This document shows, in pieces, positions 1 through 8,235 of a stretch of DNA of 64,000 bases. Source of the stretch: Paramoeba atlantica (taxonomy: Eukaryota > Protista > Discosea). The notes below the pieces were generated by a model. The model was not told the DNA's origin. It did no database searches and worked only from the letters and a program-made list of their open reading frames with translations. The first letter of the stretch is position 1, and every line of letters begins with the position of its first letter. The DNA is taken from the NCBI GenBank assembly GCA_977017575.1, contig CDRNVI010000105.1:1-64000 (forward strand). The letters are read 5' to 3'. The translations under genes and the position numbers were made by a program.

Positions 1-128
1 CCTGGTAGCTACGGTTGGGTACCCGTGCTCGGGCCGCAAGGCTTCGAGTGCCGTCTTGGAAGGGGGAAGCAAGACAATGAAGGTCGGTGGCTTGAGACTC
101 TACCCTAACGGTGCAGAGCCCTCGGTGT

Positions 129-191
129 CTTCTTCTTCTTCTTCTTCTTCTTCTTCTTCTTCTTCTTCTTCTTCTTCTTCTTCTTCTTCTT

Positions 192-221
<30 letters not shown>
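129..221 (+). repeat. (CTT)31 microsatellite; lacks the TT seen before the tract in all other copies
   Basis: GTGT(CTT)31ATT here versus GTGTCTTTT(CTT)nATT elsewhere. Confidence 0.97.
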
Positions 222-222
<1 letters not shown>

Positions 223-324
223 TTCCCCAGAGTCCTGAAAGCTGGTTTGCAACTCTACTACCGCGTTTAACGAAAAGCCTAAATTGAAATATTATAGCCA
301 AAAATAGCCGATTTTCGGGTAAAA

Positions 325-819
325 ATGGGGTCATTTTTGTGTATTTGTTTTCATTCACGAAATCCGATATTTGCTCGTGGGAAATCACTCGTAGGCATGA
401 ATGAAAGCCTGCCGAACGTATTGGGTAAAGAATGCGACCCCAACCCCAAGAATGGCGACCTAATGTATGATGTGGACGCAAAGCTCAGGTTACTAAAATT
501 CCATTCGTATAATATATATTTGTGCAAGGTAAAGGCGCACATTGGAAACAAATGGAATGAGGAGGCAGATGGTCTAGCACTTTTGGCATCACGAAAAGTG
601 GCACGGGCTCCGACCCAAAAAAGGAGAAAAACAACTGCTAACTCGGAGGATAGTGAGAATTCACAACCGTCATGGTCTTTGAAAGCCTTACTCAAAAGGA
701 AGTCCCTTGGAAATAAGCAAGCACGAGACATTCCATCATCGAAGCGCAAAGCTGAGGCGGAAGGGGTATTTCGAGGGAAGGTTGCGAGAGCTGGAGGTAA
801 TAGGAAACCGTCTAAGTAG
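325..819 (+). CDS. RNase H-like protein, C-terminal half plus basic tail (164-aa ORF; probable last exon starts at 395)
   Basis: KNGDLMYDVDAKL...IYLCKVKAHIGNKWNEEADGLA matches by eye the RNase HI C-terminal pattern (E. coli KNVDLW...WVKGHAGHPENERCDELA, with H124 and D134 equivalents kept). It is followed by a Lys/Arg-rich tail with an NLS-like KRRK. Confidence 0.7.
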   Translation: MGSFLCICFHSRNPIFARGKSLVGMNESLPNVLGKECDPNPKNGDLMYDVDAKLRLLKFHSYNIYLCKVKAHIGNKWNEEADGLALLASRKVARAPTQKRRKTTANSEDSENSQPSWSLKALLKRKSLGNKQARDIPSSKRKAEAEGVFRGKVARAGGNRKPSK

Positions 820-1210
820 GGAGAGAATTGATGGAATTATTTCTTTGCCAACTTAGAATGCCTTGAGGATTATTCATAGGTTATCGGAAAAATATTGTTT
901 GTTTGTACCGTATCAGACACATATAAACTCTGAACGTGGAAGCGATAGATGAAAGCTTTCAAGGTGTAAACATTAAGTTTTTCAACCGACTTTACGTCGG
1001 TCTTTTGGATTGGATATTGGATTGGACCCCAACCACACCATTCTTCCGACCCAAAAAGACCCCTTGAGGTCCGAAAAATACTTTTTCACCTATTTCAGTC
1101 GAAAATGGGTCATTTTGAGTGGCGCACCACGGCTCGAAGAAGAGATACCTTGAGAAACCAAAGGCCGAGAAAGCTAGTATAGGCCCCGAACTATCAAAAT
1201 ACAACAGGGG

Positions 1211-1424
1211 AAAGAATATTGAAAAAATATTTTCTTTGCCAGTTTTTTCGCCAAGTTGAATTTTTTTTCAAAAACATCCGAACTTGGCGGACCCGTCCTG
1301 CGGATACGAGGGGGGGCCACCCCCGGGTAGGGGGCGGAAAATAAGCGCCAACCCCGGCTACCCCTTCTGCGGGTTTTTTTCGAAAAAAAAATTTCAAAAA
1401 AAAAAATCGTGCGGTATGCCCCCC
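1211..1424. other. Cluster of inverted repeats and homopolymer runs in the intergenic spacer (possible regulatory or structural element); in every unit
   Basis: AAAGAATATT/AATATT-TT-CTTT hairpin (1211-1237); CGCCAAGTT/AACTTGGCG (1249-1257/1281-1289); G7 run; GGGTAG/CTACCC; palindrome T7-CG-A7 (1374-1389); A11 run. Function unknown. Confidence 0.55.
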
Positions 1425-1752
1425 TGTGTTCCTCTTTATATTTTCACTGTTTTTGTTCACTCTTTTTTCAATAATCGAGGGTAGAGTGGTAGTTATACAA
1501 CCACCGCAATATAATAATTAAGATATCGCCCAAAGCCCCACCATGAGCGGACAAAGAACCTGCCACTCAAATGCTTGAATTAGCGCTACCCGGCTTCACA
1601 TGCGATAACTGAGTTTCGTTTTGCTCGAGAACTCACGAGATACACCTTGCCAGGGGACCCTCCAGTGTGAAGTGGGTTTCAAATCTTGAACTCATCTTTT
1701 TTGATATTTTCAAAAATATTTACTCAGTCCGCTACTTTTTTAAAATAACAAA

Positions 1753-2514
1753 TTGATGAATTTCGGGCTTCAAGTTTCCAGCCCTCCCTCATGCAAGGTA
1801 TTTGTGGATGGGGTGCCAGATGTTGAAATCGAGGAAAGCGATATTTTCAAACAGAAGTTATGCTTCACGCCAAAACATCTCCAACGATCCTCCGTAATCC
1901 TGTTTTCTTCTCTTTCTCAACCCATAGGAATTTCCACGTCGAGCGGGGACCAATTCGTGTTAGACCCGGAGGGTGGAGCCGTTAACTTTACTTGTGCGAG
2001 CATGTTGAGCATCACGTTTCACAATCTTTTAAAGAAGGAAGCAGAAAGTGTATGTAGAGATGTTCTTGGTCTTTTTCAAGACAATTTTGTTAATCCTTCA
2101 TCTGGGGCCCTTTCATACGACTACGTGAGGAACCAGATTGATCAGAAATACCTTTTTAATGTTTTGAAGTTTCAGAGAATGGTTAAAAATGCAGGCAACC
2201 CATTTTACCAATACCTTGGGAAAGACCTTTGCAGGTGGATAGTTTTGCATTCAAGTTCAAAAAAGCCCAATTTTGGATTTACACGAGGAAAAGAGTATAG
2301 TGATCTCTTAAAATTTTCTGTTAGCCAGATCATGGGGGAAGAAGTTGCGATGAGCGACCTTTATCAGCTGGTAAGGGGTGAGAAAACCTTTGATTTGCTC
2401 CTTTCTTCAAATTTTACTGTGTTGAAAAGGTTTCTTGTGAAATTTAATGCTGAGTTTCTTTGGTTTCAAGATGAGGCTTCAAAAAAGACATTAATTTCCA
2501 CAAATCCCCTTTGA
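1753..2514 (+). CDS. Orphan 253-aa ORF, copy 1 (probably exon 1 of a longer spliced gene; ATG at 1756)
   Basis: Longest ORF in the unit, protein-like composition, intact in all 16 copies. No family recognised. Consensus-like donor CTG|GTAAGG at 2371. Alleles F38, R226. Confidence 0.65.
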   Translation: MMNFGLQVSSPPSCKVFVDGVPDVEIEESDIFKQKLCFTPKHLQRSSVILFSSLSQPIGISTSSGDQFVLDPEGGAVNFTCASMLSITFHNLLKKEAESVCRDVLGLFQDNFVNPSSGALSYDYVRNQIDQKYLFNVLKFQRMVKNAGNPFYQYLGKDLCRWIVLHSSSKKPNFGFTRGKEYSDLLKFSVSQIMGEEVAMSDLYQLVRGEKTFDLLLSSNFTVLKRFLVKFNAEFLWFQDEASKKTLISTNPL

Positions 2515-3764
2515 TTCTTAAAGTTTCCCTACTTTTGTAGACATTTCAAAAAGATGCGAAGGACCCTACTAGAGCACTTAATCATAAACAATTTTGTACA
2601 TAACAAACCCCCAGAGCCACCATCATCAAAAATAATTCTCAAGAATTTCTCCTCATTGATGCAAAACGTCTCTTTTAACGCCTTTTATTTTTGTTTTCGC
2701 ATAGCCGCCCCCCTCTACCACCAATAAACGCATAAACATTTATCAGCCCCAATGCTACCAAGACCCTTCACAGACAGATTTGGAAGTTCCAAGGCCGACG
2801 TCCTCTACCAGTTTTCGCTTTTCCAAGGCGGCACCAACGTTATGTTACCAACACGCTGCTTCGACGACTTGTATGACAACGCGGCCCACCCAAGAGGCTT
2901 AAACCGGGTAAGGGGGCCGGCTCCCTGATGGGAGGAGGGGAAGAAGAATCCAATCCAAAAAGAAGAAGAAGAGAAGAGAACCGGTTCCCTGATGGGAGCG
3001 CCCCTGGCGGCCGTCAGAGTACTGGGCCTAGTCGATTCTCAGCCCAGCCTCTTAGATCGAGGCCGCCGGGAATTATGCGATGAGCGGGTTCGAAACTTTG
3101 ATCCCTGAAGGAAGAAGGAAGAAGGTTGCTCGACTAAATGATGCTTTCCAATGTAGGGAAGTTACTTCGACAAGTGCTTGTGTAGGATCTAGTTGAATCT
3201 TTAGTGTCTCAACGAGGTTCTGCCAATCTTAAAGCAGAGATTTAAGCCGGGCCGAGGGGTCTGGCCTTTATTTGGGTAGCTTCTACAGAGGAAAGCGGTG
3301 TAATTGTAGTTGGAGACGGTGGGCCTTACAACCTGCAGGTTGGGGGTTATATTCCCGATATCGACAAAACTCGCAACCTGCCGGCCTCACTACAAAGGGA
3401 AAGCGACCAGGAGTGCCTTCAAGTCCCACACCCAACCCCAAATCAATCATTCCGGATTGCTCCGGATGGCCACTGGCAAGCCAGACCCTTCACAGAAAGA
3501 TTTGGAAGTTCCGAGGCCGACGTCCTCTATCAGTTTCCGCTTTTCCAAGGCGGCACCAACGTGCTGTTACCAACACGCTGCGTCGACGAACTGTACGTCA
3601 ACACGGCTTACCCAAGAGGTGTAAGCCGGGTAAGGGAGCTCGTTCCCTGAGGGGAGGGTCCGGGACGGTCCTCCGAGTACTGGGCCTAGTCGGTTATTAG
3701 CCCAGCCTCTTAGAGGGAGGCCGCCAGGAATATTTCGATGAGCGGGTTTGAACTCGCCGTCTGA
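1756..3764 (+). CDS. Proposed 6-exon ~442-aa orphan gene (exons 1756-2370, 2541-2595, 2747-2907, 3056-3152, 3280-3629, 3714-3764); recurs in every unit
   Basis: All five introns are GT-AG and phase-compatible, and the spliced frame has no stops. Introns 2908-3055 and 3630-3713 are supported by conserved splice sites in the two internal paralogs; the other three are plausible but not unique. Confidence 0.35.
2761..3094 (+). repeat. Internal diverged duplication, copy A (with a 64-bp insertion)
   Basis: Aligns to 3483-3752 at about 85% identity by hand count. Reads RPFTDRFGSSKADVLYQFSLFQGGTNVMLPTRCFDDLYDNAAHPRGLNR. Present in every unit. Confidence 0.95.
2917..2998 (+). repeat. 18-bp direct repeats (CCGG[C/T]TCCCTGATGGGAG at 2917-2934 and 2981-2998) flanking a 46-bp purine-rich spacer
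   Basis: Read directly from the sequence; paralog B has a single equivalent site. Confidence 0.85.
3483..3752 (+). repeat. Internal diverged duplication, copy B
   Basis: Reads RPFTERFGSSEADVLYQFPLFQGGTNVLLPTRCVDELYVNTAYPRGVSR; paralog of 2761-3094. Confidence 0.95.
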
Positions 3765-4100
3765 GCACCACGTGCTTGAAACTTTGAATTCTTGCTGCTA
3801 CGCCACCGCTCGGAAAAAGTCCGCTAGGAAGAAGGCCTCCCTCTGGAGGAACGACCCGGAACCGCAGAGCCGAACCAGGCTCCAGCGCAGCCGCCGAAAA
3901 TTCATGCTTCTTACGCAAACGAGGCATGAGACACAGCCTACACGATGCAACGGGGTTGGACGCCCGTCCTGGTAGCTACGGTTGGGTACCCGTGCTCGGG
4001 CCGCAAGGCTTCGAGTGCCGTCTTGGAAGGGGGAAGCAAGACAATGAAGGTCGGTGGCTTGAGACTCTACCCTAACGGTGCAGAGCCCTCGGTGTCTTTT

Positions 4101-4157
4101 CTTCTTCTTCTTCTTCTTCTTCTTCTTCTTCTTCTTCTTCTTCTTCTTCTTCTTCTT

Positions 4158-4187
<30 letters not shown>
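4101..4187 (+). repeat. (CTT)29 microsatellite
   Basis: Pure tract; count from the poly-Leu length in the ORF track. Confidence 0.97.
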
Positions 4188-4188
<1 letters not shown>

Positions 4189-4290
4189 TTCCCCAGAGTC
4201 CTGAAAGCTGGTTTGCAACTCTACTACCGCGTTTAACGAAAAGCCTAAATTGAAATATTATAGCCAAAAATAGCCGATTTTCGGGTAAAA

Positions 4291-4785
4291 ATGGGGTCAT
4301 TTTTGTGTATTTGTTTTCATTCACGAAATCCGATATTTGCTCGTGGGAAATCACTCGTAGGCATGAATGAAAGCCTGCCGAACGTATTGGGTAAAGAATG
4401 CGACCCCAACCCCAAGAATGGCGACCTAATGTATGATGTGGACGCAAAGCTCAGGTTACTAAAATTCCATTCGTATAATATATATTTGTGCAAGGTAAAG
4501 GCGCACATTGGAAACAAATGGAATGAGGAGGCAGATGGTCTAGCACTTTTGGCATCACGAAAAGTGGCACGGGCTCCGACCCAAAAAAGGAGAAAAACAA
4601 CTGCTAACTCGGAGGATAGTGAGAATTCACAACCGTCATGGTCTTTGAAAGCCTTACTCAAAAGGAAGTCCCTTGGAAATAAGCAAGCACGAGACATTCC
4701 ATCATCGAAGCGCAAAGCTGAGGCGGAAGGGGTATTTCGAGGGAAGGTTGCGAGAGCTGGAGGTAATAGGAAACCGTCTAAGTAG
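4291..4785 (+). CDS. RNase H-like C-terminal ORF, copy 2
   Basis: Same translation as 325..819. Confidence 0.7.
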   Translation: MGSFLCICFHSRNPIFARGKSLVGMNESLPNVLGKECDPNPKNGDLMYDVDAKLRLLKFHSYNIYLCKVKAHIGNKWNEEADGLALLASRKVARAPTQKRRKTTANSEDSENSQPSWSLKALLKRKSLGNKQARDIPSSKRKAEAEGVFRGKVARAGGNRKPSK

Positions 4786-5718
4786 GGAGAGAATTGATGG
4801 AATTATTTCTTTGCCAACTTAGAATGCCTTGAGGATTATTCATAGGTTATCGGAAAAATATTGTTTGTTTGTACCGTATCAGACACATATAAACTCTGAA
4901 CGTGGAAGCGATAGATGAAAGCTTTCAAGGTGTAAACATTAAGTTTTTCAACCGACTTTACGTCGGTCTTTTGGATTGGATATTGGATTGGACCCCAACC
5001 ACACCATTCTTCCGACCCAAAAAGACCCCTTGAGGTCCGAAAAATACTTTTTCACCTATTTCAGTCGAAAATGGGTCATTTTGAGTGGCGCACCACGGCT
5101 CGAAGAAGAGATACCTTGAGAAACCAAAGGCCGAGAAAGCTAGTATAGGCCCCGAACTATCAAAATACAACAGGGGAAAGAATATTGAAAAAATATTTTC
5201 TTTGCCAGTTTTTTCGCCAAGTTGAATTTTTTTTCAAAAACATCCGAACTTGGCGGACCCGTCCTGCGGATACGAGGGGGGGCCACCCCCGGGTAGGGGG
5301 CGGAAAATAAGCGCCAACCCCGGCTACCCCTTCTGCGGGTTTTTTTCGAAAAAAAAATTTCAAAAAAAAAAATCGTGCGGTATGCCCCCCTGTGTTCCTC
5401 TTTATATTTTCACTGTTTTTGTTCACTCTTTTTTCAATAATCGAGGGTAGAGTGGTAGTTATACAACCACCGCAATATAATAATTAAGATATCGCCCAAA
5501 GCCCCACCATGAGCGGACAAAGAACCTGCCACTCAAATGCTTGAATTAGCGCTACCCGGCTTCACATGCGATAACTGAGTTTCGTTTTGCTCGAGAACTC
5601 ACGAGATACACCTTGCCAGGGGACCCTCCAGTGTGAAGTGGGTTTCAAATCTTGAACTCATCTTTTTTGATATTTTCAAAAATATTTACTCAGTCCGCTA
5701 CTTTTTTAAAATAACAAA

Positions 5719-6480
5719 TTGATGAATTTCGGGCTTCAAGTTTCCAGCCCTCCCTCATGCAAGGTATTTGTGGATGGGGTGCCAGATGTTGAAATCGAGG
5801 AAAGCGATATTTTCAAACAGAAGTTATGCTTCACGCCAAAACATCTCCAACGATCCTCCGTAATCCTGTTTTCTTCTCTTTCTCAACCCATAGGAATTTC
5901 CACGTCGAGCGGGGACCAATTCGTGTTAGACCCGGAGGGTGGAGCCGTTAACTTTACTTGTGCGAGCATGTTGAGCATCACGTTTCACAATCTTTTAAAG
6001 AAGGAAGCAGAAAGTGTATGTAGAGATGTTCTTGGTCTTTTTCAAGACAATTTTGTTAATCCTTCATCTGGGGCCCTTTCATACGACTACGTGAGGAACC
6101 AGATTGATCAGAAATACCTTTTTAATGTTTTGAAGTTTCAGAGAATGGTTAAAAATGCAGGCAACCCATTTTACCAATACCTTGGGAAAGACCTTTGCAG
6201 GTGGATAGTTTTGCATTCAAGTTCAAAAAAGCCCAATTTTGGATTTACACGAGGAAAAGAGTATAGTGATCTCTTAAAATTTTCTGTTAGCCAGATCATG
6301 GGGGAAGAAGTTGCGATGAGCGACCTTTATCAGCTGGTAAGGGGTGAGAAAACCTTTGATTTGCTCCTTTCTTCAAATTTTACTGTGTTGAAAAGGTTTC
6401 TTGTGAAATTTAATGCTGAGTTTCTTTGGTTTCAAGATGAGGCTTCAAAAAAGACATTAATTTCCACAAATCCCCTTTGA
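5719..6480 (+). CDS. Orphan 253-aa ORF, copy 2
   Basis: Same translation as copy 1. Confidence 0.65.
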   Translation: MMNFGLQVSSPPSCKVFVDGVPDVEIEESDIFKQKLCFTPKHLQRSSVILFSSLSQPIGISTSSGDQFVLDPEGGAVNFTCASMLSITFHNLLKKEAESVCRDVLGLFQDNFVNPSSGALSYDYVRNQIDQKYLFNVLKFQRMVKNAGNPFYQYLGKDLCRWIVLHSSSKKPNFGFTRGKEYSDLLKFSVSQIMGEEVAMSDLYQLVRGEKTFDLLLSSNFTVLKRFLVKFNAEFLWFQDEASKKTLISTNPL

Positions 6481-8066
6481 TTCTTAAAGTTTCCCTACTT
6501 TTGTAGACATTTCAAAAAGATGCGAAGGACCCTACTAGAGCACTTAATCATAAACAATTTTGTACATAACAAACCCCCAGAGCCACCATCATCAAAAATA
6601 ATTCTCAAGAATTTCTCCTCATTGATGCAAAACGTCTCTTTTAACGCCTTTTATTTTTGTTTTCGCATAGCCGCCCCCCTCTACCACCAATAAACGCATA
6701 AACATTTATCAGCCCCAATGCTACCAAGACCCTTCACAGACAGATTTGGAAGTTCCAAGGCCGACGTCCTCTACCAGTTTTCGCTTTTCCAAGGCGGCAC
6801 CAACGTTATGTTACCAACACGCTGCTTCGACGACTTGTATGACAACGCGGCCCACCCAAGAGGCTTAAACCGGGTAAGGGGGCCGGCTCCCTGATGGGAG
6901 GAGGGGAAGAAGAATCCAATCCAAAAAGAAGAAGAAGAGAAGAGAACCGGTTCCCTGATGGGAGCGCCCCTGGCGGCCGTCAGAGTACTGGGCCTAGTCG
7001 ATTCTCAGCCCAGCCTCTTAGATCGAGGCCGCCGGGAATTATGCGATGAGCGGGTTCGAAACTTTGATCCCTGAAGGAAGAAGGAAGAAGGTTGCTCGAC
7101 TAAATGATGCTTTCCAATGTAGGGAAGTTACTTCGACAAGTGCTTGTGTAGGATCTAGTTGAATCTTTAGTGTCTCAACGAGGTTCTGCCAATCTTAAAG
7201 CAGAGATTTAAGCCGGGCCGAGGGGTCTGGCCTTTATTTGGGTAGCTTCTACAGAGGAAAGCGGTGTAATTGTAGTTGGAGACGGTGGGCCTTACAACCT
7301 GCAGGTTGGGGGTTATATTCCCGATATCGACAAAACTCGCAACCTGCCGGCCTCACTACAAAGGGAAAGCGACCAGGAGTGCCTTCAAGTCCCACACCCA
7401 ACCCCAAATCAATCATTCCGGATTGCTCCGGATGGCCACTGGCAAGCCAGACCCTTCACAGAAAGATTTGGAAGTTCCGAGGCCGACGTCCTCTATCAGT
7501 TTCCGCTTTTCCAAGGCGGCACCAACGTGCTGTTACCAACACGCTGCGTCGACGAACTGTACGTCAACACGGCTTACCCAAGAGGTGTAAGCCGGGTAAG
7601 GGAGCTCGTTCCCTGAGGGGAGGGTCCGGGACGGTCCTCCGAGTACTGGGCCTAGTCGGTTATTAGCCCAGCCTCTTAGAGGGAGGCCGCCAGGAATATT
7701 TCGATGAGCGGGTTTGAACTCGCCGTCTGAGCACCACGTGCTTGAAACTTTGAATTCTTGCTGCTACGCCACCGCTCGGAAAAAGTCCGCTAGGAAGAAG
7801 GCCTCCCTCTGGAGGAACGACCCGGAACCGCAGAGCCGAACCAGGCTCCAGCGCAGCCGCCGAAAATTCATGCTTCTTACGCAAACGAGGCATGAGACAC
7901 AGCCTACACGATGCAACGGGGTTGGACGCCCGTCCTGGTAGCTACGGTTGGGTACCCGTGCTCGGGCCGCAAGGCTTCGAGTGCCGTCTTGGAAGGGGGA
8001 AGCAAGACAATGAAGGTCGGTGGCTTGAGACTCTACCCTAACGGTGCAGAGCCCTCGGTGTCTTTT

Positions 8067-8102
8067 CTTCTTCTTCTTCTTCTTCTTCTTCTTCTTCTTC
8101 TT

Positions 8103-8132
<30 letters not shown>
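8067..8132 (+). repeat. (CTT)22 microsatellite
   Basis: Pure tract. Confidence 0.97.
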
Positions 8133-8133
<1 letters not shown>

Positions 8134-8235
8134 TTCCCCAGAGTCCTGAAAGCTGGTTTGCAACTCTACTACCGCGTTTAACGAAAAGCCTAAATTGAAA
8201 TATTATAGCCAAAAATAGCCGATTTTCGGGTAAAA

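Larger units (their letters stand above)
3945..4785 (+). pseudogene. Proposed spliced RNase H-fold gene (exons 3945-4091, 4197-4284, 4361-4785), degenerate active site, internal TGA at 4251-4253; recurs in every unit
   Basis: GT-AG phase-compatible joins (TCG|GTGTCT...CCCCAG|AGT and TCGG|GTAAAA...CGTAG|GC) give an RNase H-like order and spacing of motifs. The N-terminal assignment is by eye only. Confidence 0.4.

Noticed and set aside
351-749. 132-aa minus-strand ORF
   Set aside because: Antisense shadow of the RNase H-like ORF; its start is lost in later copies and it has no recognisable motif.
325-819. Autonomous retrotransposon (RNase H as part of pol)
   Set aside because: No RT, integrase, gag, endonuclease, LTR or poly-A tail in the unit. 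A distant TE origin of the domain is not excluded.
992-1484. Short 63-88 aa ORFs in the spacer
   Set aside because: Overlap low-complexity palindromic DNA, lack motifs, and one appears only through a single SNP.
1004-2960. 13-bp long-range inverted match TTTTGGATTGGAT / ATCCAATCCAAAA
   Set aside because: A low-complexity match of this length is expected by chance reasonably often in a 4-kb unit.
2920-3110. Hammerhead or HDV-like ribozyme (CTGATG..., CCCAGCCTC, GGCGGCC/GGCCGCC stem)
   Set aside because: No CUGANGA core on either strand, the spacing cannot accommodate HDV P2/P3/L3, and the outer stem is not conserved in paralog B.
3272-3700. 142-aa and 104-aa ORFs from the track
   Set aside because: Non-ATG starts; the 142-aa frame is broken by a stop in five copies; paralog and SNP patterns favour the third frame.
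1270-3760. 5S rRNA, tRNA or U5 snRNA fragments (CATCCGAACT, GGTTCGAA, CGCCTTTTAT)
   Set aside because: Isolated 8-10 nt resemblances with no cloverleaf, no 5S box order and no flanking stems.
1753-4400. Alternative genetic code (TAA/TAG=Gln or Glu, TGA=Trp), suggested by long frames that continue through stops and a CAG/TAG alignment between paralogs
   Set aside because: All 13 Gln and both Trp codons of the 253-aa ORF are standard. Most of the apparent in-frame stops fall in GT-AG introns or are themselves acceptor TAGs. A codon-reassignment test on conserved host genes would settle it.
4067-4447. Poly-Arg (- strand), poly-Leu, poly-Phe and poly-Ser ORFs
   Set aside because: They are translations of the (CTT/AAG)n microsatellite, which has no stop in any frame; no independent coding evidence.
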